64,000 nucleotides of DNA from Rhizaria sp. SCN 62-66 (Eukaryota), in assembly GCA_001724265.1 (NCBI GenBank), contig MEDY01000141.1, positions 1-64,000 of the forward strand, in the 5' to 3' direction. Both the position numbers and the translations under genes were made by a program. Position 1 is the first letter of the stretch; every line of letters begins with the position of its first letter. Shown here piece after piece: positions 48,001 through 57,551 of the stretch. Under the pieces are notes generated by a model, which saw only the letters and a list, made by a program, of their open reading frames with translations, had not been told where the DNA came from and made no database searches.

Positions 48001-48921
48001 GCCGCTGCGACTGCGGCTGCGGTTAGCCCTCCTGCGGTCTCTTCGCAACAACATCAGCAACCCCAGCAACAGCAGCAACAGCTACAGCAACAACAGAACA
48101 GGTTGGCACGCGTGCGCCGCATGTGCGTCAAGGACACGGTAGCGATGCACAGTGCCGATGTGGCCTTCTTGCACGCGCAGGTCGCCGTGGCGCGCGCTGA
48201 GGGGCAGCGGCTCTGCGTGCTGACGCACTACCCGCCCACGTTTAGCAACACGTCCGACCCGCGCTTTAAGGTACGCGAACGATCATTTCGTGGCCTTGTT
48301 TCATTCTCAGTTTGTTCAACATGTCTCTCCTTTTCCTTGTCTCTCACTCACCATTTACTTTTCTTGCTGTTGCATTTTCGCCGTATTTGTGACTGTAGGA
48401 TTCTCCTTTCCGCTGGGCGTTTGCGAGCGCGCTGGATGATTTCATGGCACAGTCGACGCCGACACTGCACACCTGGGTCGCTGGTCACACGCATTGGTAC
48501 GTCTACTATTTATAGCGTTTCATAACCACTGCTCAACATGTGTCGCACCAAACTTCACTCTTTCTGCTTAGTAGCAATATTTTTGGATGCATCGAGTCAC
48601 AATTCATGGTAACTATGATGAATTCTTACTCAAGTTATTGGTTCGTGCCATTTTTCATTGTTTTTCGCCGAAATTGTCAAATTGTCGTGCAGGTCGTACG
48701 ACTTTGAGCACCGTGGCGTGCGCCTCGTCTCGAACCAGTTCGGGTATCTCGGCATCCCGGAGACCAAGTTTAACCGCGCCTTCACCGTCGACATCCCGGT
48801 CACCGTGCCGCTATCTATGTAGGCGTCCCGCGAGCCCTCAAAGGCTGCAGGTGCGATGTAGGCGGTTGTGGAGACTGTTGCGACTGACTCACTGCCGGGG
48901 AAGTGTTGCGCTGTCGTTTGA
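41239..48921 (+). CDS. ~2,396-aa fusion: CLASP-N/TOG-like HEAT region + calcineurin-like metallophosphoesterase + C-terminal CaaX. Exons 41239-41297, 41466-48270, 48399-48496, 48693-48921; four in-frame TAG codons (45583, 45715, 48820, 48859)
   Basis: CLASP-like ELRSQVAKLALVTVGALARECGPAFVLLADALLPAL. Phosphoesterase motifs SDVHLE, LAGDIG, AGNHEFY, GATLWS, THYPP, then after splicing WVAGHTHW and SNQFGY. ORFs 41515..45585 and 45961..48525 are in the same frame, joined by coding-like sequence interrupted only by TAG. Read-through ends ...GKCCAVV-TGA. Spliced length is 7191 nt. Confidence 0.7.
41298..41465 (+). other. Spliceosomal intron (168 nt, phase 2)
   Basis: TC|GTACGT donor, CTGAC branch-like motif, pyrimidine tract, CACAG|C acceptor. 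It joins MSQHCSW...ALNS to DDEAAF in frame. Confidence 0.75.
48271..48398 (+). other. Spliceosomal intron (128 nt, phase 0)
   Basis: AAG|GTACGC ... TGTAG|GAT. Splicing restores the phosphoesterase segment DSPFRWAFASALDDF...WVAGHTH. Confidence 0.88.
48497..48692 (+). other. Spliceosomal intron (196 nt, phase 2)
   Basis: TG|GTACGT ... TGCAG|G. Splicing gives GHTHWSYDFEHRGVRLVSNQFGY, the expected end of this phosphoesterase family. Confidence 0.88.
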
Positions 48922-49406
48922 CGCGAATGACAATTGCACCGCGATATCTTTGCTTACCTTAACAATCATACTTAATTAAATAATAACATCTATATATAAT
49001 ATTGGTTTTATGTCTGAAACAGTATAGCACGTCATTTATGCGTGTTTTTCCCTCCAAATCGCGTTGAAACCACAACTCGCTTCCGTCAGCCTGGGGTACC
49101 TTCCGGCCTGTCTGCGGCGAGTCATTTTTACTTCGTTACCTAGTTATACTGTCCGTCAATACCAACACCCCGTTGTATTACACAACAAGGCATGCGCATA
49201 CATACTACTTCATTTAAAGCATGTCTTAACAGTGCGATATATCATGTCTTCGTCGTTGTTTTTGAGCCCTCACCTGACACTGTTCTACTACTGCAATGGC
49301 TCTTCTCACGAACGCCCCTTTTACCCCTCTTTTTCCTCCCATCAAGCTCTTCTTCACCCACTTACTGTGCTTGCACCCCGCGTGCTACATCTGACCCCCT
49401 AGCGCA

Positions 49407-51783
49407 ATGGAGTGGGAGTCTAAGCTCGCTGAACTTGTCGACGAGGTACGCTCTCTTCCGCCGTCTTCGTCATCTCCATCGCCTTCACCCTTTGTTCGTG
49501 CTGCGTTCGTTATATTTGTATTTTCTAGTTTTTCGACAGCTATAATACGACGAAAACTGTCTTGATACGTGATAATCCGTGGGAATATTTATGATATCTA
49601 TTTGTATTCCTCACTTTCCGCTCTCTTAACAATCCGCATGCTTCCTGTCACCTATTCTTTCCGCTCTGTCTCCCCCACTTCCACTCCAGTACCGCACTGT
49701 GCGCGCGAGCGTGCGCCGCAGGCAGGACTCTGTCCTGGCCAAGGCGGCGGCCTTCTACACCCGCGTGGCCGACACACGCCCCATCCGCCCTCTTCTCTCG
49801 GTCGAAGGCCAGCAGTACTGTTTCACTGCGTCCATCTGCTACATGATTCTCGCGCTCCACACGCTCTGGTTCTCCCCGCACCTGTTCAAATACCTCCACC
49901 TCATCACCTTCACTGCGCTCTACATCGTGCGTTTTCCGGCGTACCGCAAGCTCCACTGGCAGGCGTTCTGCTTCGACTTCTGCTACGTCGCCAACGTCCT
50001 CGTCATCTTGGCCAACTTCCTCCCGTCGCCCGCGCGCGGGCACCTCGCCACGGCCGCGTTCGTCTGCGCCAACGGGCCCGTGCTGTGGGCGATCGTGGTG
50101 TGGCGCAACTCGCTTGTTCTGCACCAGCTCGACAAGATGATCTCGTTGGCGCTGCACCTGCTCCCCGCGGTGGCAAACCACGCCAACACCTGGGCGCCGT
50201 CGTCTCTGACCGCGTCGGCCGCCGCGGCCGTGAGCGGCGACGCTGTGCGCGGGCTCATTGCGTACTCGCCCTGGTCGTTGGCCTCCGCGCTGCTTGCGCC
50301 GGCCGGGTACTACCTCCTCTGGCAGGCGTGTTATGGGTTCTACTTCGACTATATCCGCAACGACGACTTCCGCACCAACCCGGACTTGGAGTCGTCGCTG
50401 CGCTGGTTCACCGACACAGACCGCAACAACCCCATCTCGCTCGGCGCACTGCAAATCGCGCGAAATCTGGGTGTTTTCTCTAAGACCGAGGAGTTCAACT
50501 TCCTCGAGTGGCGCACCAAGCTGACCTTCTACACCTTCCAGTTCACGTATACGCTGTTGACCTTCCCGCTCGCGTGGCTCGCGTTCGCGCACCCGTGGCT
50601 GCACGCGTTCTGCCTGGGCGTCAACTTTGTCGTTGCCTGCAACAACGCCGCCGGGTACTATTTGTCGAACGCGTATATTAAGCAGCGGCTGGCGAAGGTC
50701 GCTGAGCGGTATGCCAAGATGCAGCAAATGCACGCTGTTCACGCCGCGCACTCAGCCCCTGCCGGTGGTGCCGCTGCCGCTGCTGCTGCTGCTTCTGACG
50801 CGGGTGCTGCCGATGATACGCAGCCTGGCCGTGACAACGCTGTGGTGGCTGCTCAGACTGCGGGGACCGGGGCCGCGCCCACGGTCACTGGGCTCGTCGT
50901 CGGCTGCAATGCCGACGCGACTGGGGGCCTGACTGCTGCGATGCCGTGTGGTATCTGCCGCAGCCGCGCCAACAGCCGCGTCAACAGCCGCGGGAACAGT
51001 CCTGCCAATAGCCGCGCAAACAGCCGTGCTCACAGTCCTGAACGCGCTGATGGTGACTGTGATGGCCTCGCTGCCCACGGCCACTCAAAGTCTCAGTCGC
51101 AACCGCTGTCGCCCTCTCGTCATCAGAAGCATCGCGGTGGCTGTGAGCACACTCGCGCTGCCACAGCCGCTGCTTCTGCTGCTGCCGCTGCCGCTGCGGC
51201 CGCTGCGGCGACTGAGGCCAAGTCCGCTGGTACCACTGGCACTAGCGCTGGTGGGGATGCGGGTGCGGGTGCGGGTGGCCGTCGCGGCAGCGCAAGCTCT
51301 AGCGCGAGCGCCAGCGGCGAGTTTGAGAGTGATTTCGACGACGACTTTAGCTATGATCACGATAAACACAACGAGAGCGGATCGAGTCTCGACGACAGCA
51401 AGGCCGATGGCAGGGATGCTGCGAACGCCCCCGGGAGCTGCGACGGCCTGCGCCAGCGCCGCGGCAATGAGAGCAGCTCCGCTGCAGCTGCGACCAAGGC
51501 GGCACCTGCGACGACGCAGCCAGCTACTGCTGCGGCGGCGACTGAGGCGTGTGCGCTCGAGAGCGTTGCTGCCTCGGCCTCCGCTCTTGCGGCGACCGCC
51601 AGTCCGGTGACGCCGGCGAAGGCTGCCGCTGCGGCGACGGCGAGTGGTGATTCTGACGCGAACGGCAATAACAAGAGCAGCGCAAGCTGTGAGGACAAAA
51701 CGCCTGTGTCGAAGCTGCCTGCGGTGTTCCAGGAGTTCCACAAGTACGGTATCTCTGTGCCCAACGTCGACTACCAGCGCTAA
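49407..51783 (+). CDS. GPC1: Glycerophosphocholine acyltransferase GPC1-like (DUF2838), 710 aa. Exons 49407-49445 and 49690-51783
   Basis: FCFDFCYVAN, NGPVLWAIVVWRNSLVLHQLDKMISLALHLLP, YLLWQACY and NNAAGYY, multiple TM helices and a long low-complexity tail. Stop TAA. Confidence 0.85.
49446..49689 (+). other. Spliceosomal intron (244 nt, phase 0)
   Basis: GAG|GTACGC ... pyrimidine tract ... CCAG|TAC. It joins MEWESKLAELVDE to YRTVRAS in frame. Confidence 0.8.
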
Positions 51784-52559
51784 GCACAAAGTATAAAAAT
51801 ATATCCCCACGAACGTACACTCTGTATCACTCATTATAGTACTAGTATAACCGCTCTTTTGACGATCTTTCAGCCAAGCCCGAGGGCAGCGTTCGAGGCG
51901 ATGCCGTACCCCATTCTGCATGACGAGAATGGAGATAACTGAAATAAGTTTGATCTGCGGTCGTCACCATCATCGCTAACGCCGCTGCCGCTTCGGTGCT
52001 TGCTGGTCGATTTAGCCACATCATTGTCACCAGCACTCGCCCACACACTCGCACTTCTACAGTCATCTGTACTCACACTTGCATTCGCATTCACATATCA
52101 GTAATAAGTATGACAATGACAACATGCGACAGTGAAAGTTGTTGCAGAAGCACAATTACTCCGGACGGACGAGATTTGGTGTATAGTAACAATCTCGACC
52201 CGGAAACCAATGTATATTTCTACAAAACACACATTATCAATACAAATTAACTTGATTCGCTCTATGTATGCATCTCAAGCAGTTAGTTATTACACCTCAC
52301 CACGAGTAGCTTTTGGCACAGCGGCGGTAGAAGGCTGGCGCCCAACGGTGACCAAGGCCCGAATTGAGACAGCAGATATGTCGCGCCATAATCATTTTAC
52401 AAATGATCACATGTGATTTCCAGCATTAATTTTAAGTATGTATTAAGCTCACTTTATTAAAACCATTTGTACATCTGTTTAGTGGCTGGTCCACCACTTT
52501 CTTTCTCTTCAGTCCGCAGTCCTTAAATCGAATCGTCAGGATTCCCTTTCGCACCTCTG

Positions 52560-55500
52560 ATGTCGTCCGCTTCAAGCGACGCATCCCTGCGCTCAGGGCT
52601 TCCCGTCATCCCGACTTCTCTGCGCACTGTGTCGAGCGTGCTGTCCGAATGCCGCACACTGTGCGAGTCTGTGGCCTCGCGCCGCGGTGACTTCCCTAGC
52701 CTGACTGCTTTTCGCGAGAACCCGCGGCCCGCGAGCGGCACCACGGCCAACACGGACGCCTTCTCCGCCTCGCCCGCCGAGTGGTCCTCCGCGCTGCTTG
52801 CCCGCATTGCTGAGCTGCGCCGCACGGTCCAGGCCGCCGCGAGTCTCGCCTCAGCACTCGCGCCGCCAGATTCATCCTCATCTTCTTCATCTTCTCCTTC
52901 AACCACTGCGACTGCGCCTGCGTCTAGCTCGAGCCCCGCTTCTGTCGCCTCTGGCCCTGCCCTCGCGCCCGCCGCGCTGCGCGAGGCCCGCGCCGCGTTC
53001 GAGAAGCTCTCCTCCAGCGTCTCTCGCGCGCACACTGCCAGCGCTGGCGCCTGCGAGCGCGCCGCCGCGGCCGGGTCTTTCGCCGCGCTCGCGCAGGCCA
53101 CGGCCGACGCGGGCCGCTACCGCCGCCGCGCGCTGCCCCACGCGCGCGCTCTGCTGCGGGCCGTGCTGCGCCGCGCCGCGCTTGCGGGGCTGCCTCTCAC
53201 CGCCGCCGCCAGAGACGCTGATGGCGAGACAACTAATAGCGGAGACACTGCACTGGGTTTTAGCTCTGGCTTTGGCTCTGGCTCTGCATCTGGCGGCGGT
53301 GCTGCCGGTGAGTGCGCGCCGCCGCTGCCGCCGCCGCGGGATGTCACCGTCTCGTTCTCAACTGCTGGCGACGCGTACTGCATGCTGCTGGAGCTCGTGC
53401 TCTCGGCGAACGCACCAGGGTCGGTCAAATCGCTGTCATTGACGCGGTTGACGGAAGGGGATGAGACGCCTACGGACGCCGCCACGGCCGCGCGGCTGCG
53501 GGAGGCGCTGCTCCGCGTCGGCTCGTTTGCGCTTGCGTGGGATCTCGCTCACGGTCACTATAACAACATTGGAGGGGACAACAATGCAACGCAGCAGAGC
53601 GCGGACAGCTCTGAGAATGAGCCGAGTGCGGCGAGTCGTCAGGGCCCGGCCGCACTGAGGTATGTGTGCGGATTGACTGCGCCGAACGTTAGGTACACCG
53701 CTACAGTGTCCCCCTTCGCCACAGCAACATCAACCAAGACCACCACCGCTTCATCATCGTCAGCGTTCGCTGACTCGAAATGTGTAAGTACCCCCTTAGA
53801 CGCGGTGTCGCCGCTGCCTGCGGGTGTCCGCGTGTCCCGCGCGCCGCTGCCGCTGCCGTGGCTTGTCCCCGCTTGCGCGCGCGCTTTTGTTGGCGCTCTT
53901 TCAGCTCTTGCGGCGTACGAGTCCGTGATGAAACTCACGCCTGGCCGTGGGCTGCACACGCTCGCGCCCGCCGTTGCCGCCGTGGTCGCAGAGCTTGCGG
54001 GGGATGCGGCGGTGGCGGCGGCGGCGCGGGCGGCTGTTGCAGCGCTGCCGCTGCCGGCGGGCGTGCCGGCCGCGCTGCTCCCTCTTTCCCACTCATCATC
54101 TTCATCATCGTCATCAGCGTTGTCACTGAATTCGTCTTCTGCGAGTGCTACCGGTGCGACGACGGGCGCTGCGGCGGCGGCGACTGTGAGTGTGGCTGCG
54201 GCGCGTACGCTGGCGCACGGCGGGCCCGGACTGCAGTATTACACACCCGCGCTCACGGCTCGCATGCCCACGCTTTCACAAACCACGTCTAGCGCCGCCA
54301 GCGCGAGTGCATCTGCCGGCGCAAGTGCATTACTTCATGTCAACGGGGCTTTTCCCGGCGAGGCGCTCCTGGGGCCGCACGCGGGCGTGCACTGCATCTC
54401 TCTCTCCGCACTGGAGCCCGATCTAAGTACCCCCTTGCCTGGCGGCGCGCTGGCGCTGGCCCCCGCCTTCACGGTTACGCCCGCGGTGATCGCCACACCC
54501 GCGGTTGCGCGCGCGCTCGTCTTGGCCGCGGCGCGCTGGTTTCCCCCCGCAGTTGCCGCCGCACTCACCACAAACACGAGCAGCGCGACCGCGGGTGTGA
54601 TGAATGATGACGAGAACGCCGATGCTGATAGCACCGGTCAACTCGCGACTGCGCTGGCCGCCTTGGCTAGCCCCCGCGCCGCCGCCGCCGCCGAGGCCGA
54701 GGCGGCCGCGTTTGGCGATGCACTGGCGCTGGCAGACGACTACACTGCTGAGCCCGGTCAGGCAGATACGTTCCTCGGTCAAGTTGCGAGCCATGCGCAC
54801 CGCAAGATGGGGATCGCGTCACCGTTTCTCACGCCCTTTAGCGATGACGCCGCCGTCGCCATGGCCGAGACCGCTGCTGCCACCGCGAGCGATGACATCG
54901 CCGCAGCGACGACTGCGAGTCCGCAAAAATCCAGTGATAGTGAAGGTCAGGTGGACGGGGCGTGGGTTGATGCTCTATTCCCGTCTGCTGCGCTGCGCTC
55001 TCTCACACTCGCTATGCCAATGCTGAGTTTTGAAGAGCAAGCGCTGCTGGGACTCGCCCCGACACCGGTGATGACGGACGACGGCGGTGCCACGGTCGTC
55101 GCCGCCGGTGCCAGCCCGTTCGCCGCGGAGGACTACAGCTCAGCTAAGTACCCCCCGACGGCGGTGCACTTACACTGGCGCTGCCCTCTGCTCCCCGCCC
55201 TTAACAGTGTAAACAGCAGCTCTAGCGCAAGCAACAACGCTCAGAACGGCGATACGCACGCTGTGACCGTGAGCCGCAGGGTCGAGGGCGCGGCGCTGAC
55301 GATCGCGCTCTCGGCGACGTTTTATGAGGAGATATCGCTGTTGCGGTCTGTCACAGTCACACGCCTGCCCGGCCCGGCCACTGCGCCCGCACTCGCCGCC
55401 GCACTCGCACACTCAAGCAGCGCCCTGAACACTAACAGCGGCAAGAGCGCGAGCGCGAGTGCGAACGCCGTGGTGACTGTGAGCGAGGCGCGTGCGTCGC

Positions 55501-56246
55501 TGGCGGCTTACCTTTCGTGCTGCGCGGGGTACTTGCGGTCGCAGGTGCAGTATAACCAGCTGTTTCTCTCGCTCATGGGTGACGTCTCCGTGACGGTGTC
55601 TAAGTACTTGCTGCCGGCTAAGTACCGCGCGCGCGCCGAGGCCGTTGCGCTGGCAGCGGACGTCGCTGGTGCGGCGAAGGCAGCGGCACGGAACGCGCTC
55701 ACTGCAACCACTGCCGCCGCCGCCGCCGCCGCCGCCGCTGCCGCTGCGGATCGCAACAACAGCGATTTTGATGACAGCGCCGACGATGACGGCGATGACG
55801 ACAGCGACGGCGGCGACGATGACGACGAAGATGACGACGATAAGGTCGACGAAGAGGAGCACACTGACGGTGACAGCGAAGACGACGCTGGCGGCGGCGG
55901 CGGCGGCGGCCGCTCCAAACGCCGCCGCCGCTGCCGTCTCTGCCGCCGCGGCCGCGGCCGCGCGAACGGCGGCCGCGACGGCGGCAGCGACGACGTGGCC
56001 GTTGCAGCTGGCGGGCCGGCTGCGGATATCGCGTGGGCGCTGCCTTACGCGGGCATTGAACCTGCCCCCCGCGGTCGCCGTCTCCTCAGTGGCGACCGCG
56101 ACGGGGGCCGTGGTGCTTGCGGTCACCACCGCGGCGCGCACGGGATTAAGTTTAGCCGCGCCCACAGTCATCCTCACAACGACAACAGCGCAAGCAGCAG
56201 CGCCAACTCTGCTGCCTCGGCGGCGACGGCTGCTGCGGCGGGCTCC

Positions 56247-56296
<50 letters not shown>

Positions 56297-56987
56297 GCCT
56301 GGCAGTGGCGATGTGACTGTGGGCACTGTGTACGCTGACGGTGTTCCTGGCGAGAGCATCGCGCTCTGCTCCTTCATCTCGCTCTCCAATCACGTCATCA
56401 ACAACAACTGCAACGCGAGTGCGAATGAGAGTGTGAGTGCAACGGGAGCGCACGTGCCCGCTGCTCCAACCGCGTCTGCAGCGTCACTGGGCCCGCGTGT
56501 GGTGCGACTGGAGCTCGCCGCGCTGTTTGCCACCACGACCGACGCGTGCGCACTCACCGGCAGCGGCGTCGCTGCCGGCGACGGTACCGGCTCCGCTGCT
56601 TCGACGGGGAGTGCGAGTATGATGGAGATGACTGCGGGCCACGACGCCGACGCGCCCGTGGCTTCACGCGAAGTCTGGACGCTGGCCGACGCTCTTGTCG
56701 CCGCTGTGGCCGCCGCTGGCAGTCAAAACAGCAGCAACAGCACCATGTCTTTGGCCGGACTGTCGTTGCGCAGTGTGGCAGTGCAGCCAGGAGTGCGCGT
56801 GCGCGTCGCAGCCTCTGACATCGCTTGTGGGTTTGCTGCTGAGGAGCCGCTGCTGGAGCGCGCGGAAGTGCGCGAGGCCGTTGAGCTGGCGGCCAAGGTT
56901 GTGCTGAGTTTGACTAATTCGCTGCCTGCGACGTTTGTGTGGGTCGCGAGCGCGCTCACGCACGCCAGGGCGCTCATCTTGAAGTAA
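52560..56987 (+). CDS. Divergent Mediator subunit 1 (MED1)-like protein with Ala/Ser/Asp-rich insertions, 1475 aa
   Basis: Colinear blocks resembling MED1 as I recall it: YCMLLELVL...GSVKSLSL, YLRSQVQYNQLFLSL (cf. IRHQVAYNTLIGSC) and AAKVVLSLTNSLPAT (cf. IAKVVQRCMSIPVT). Stop TAA. The ORF is solid; the family call is tentative. Confidence 0.55.
56248..56297 (+). repeat. (GCT)n microsatellite encoding poly-Ala
   Basis: About 16 GCT units. A similar run lies at ~42014-42053. Confidence 0.9.
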
Positions 56988-57551
56988 TATTTGCGTCGAG
57001 TTCCACAGGAATATTTTCATTTGTTTACCTAATTTACAGACGTTACTCCCAAATAACTTATTTTAATACAAAAATCTTGTTTTTTTGTTCATAGATCTTT
57101 GTTATGGGGATACACTGCGTTGAGAGTAGTTTCTTGACATGCATTTGTGGTCGAAGCTGACCCTTCGGCCTGTCGGGCCTGCCGCTGGCATCCTGAAAGA
57201 GACAGGTCATACCGCACGATTTTAATCATCGAATAGTACTGAAGGACCACATTTAGAAATTATCGCTTGTCTAGATTTACTACTTTCAATAATACTTGCC
57301 AGACTCGAGATCTTCGTGTTGAGGTATCTGTGGTATTCATCCGTTGAAGGCCCTTCCGTCGAGTTCTTCGTCCTTGTTTCAATCCCACTCATCATACTCT
57401 ACTTTCTTGACTCAACCTTATTTTAGCTCTTTTTTGGCTTTCTAGGTTGACAGCATATCACAAGACTGTTTAAGCGCTCGAGCACCAACCTTCGGCTCTC
57501 TCAGAGACCTTTCAGTTTTAGCCGTTGAATCGGTGACCTCTGTCTTGGAGA

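Noticed and set aside
24285-48861. Pseudogenes or sequencing errors as the explanation
   Set aside because: There are no frameshifts and no internal TAA/TGA in about 39 kb of the two affected CDSs, catalytic motifs are intact, and every break is TAG. This is disfavoured but only raw reads can formally exclude it.
55890-56200. Possible compensating frameshift in the MED1-like gene (the alternative frame reads Ala/Thr-rich)
   Set aside because: The main frame is open and plausible (acidic tract, basic NLS-like run, His-rich segment). GCC/GGC-rich DNA makes alternative frames look protein-like.
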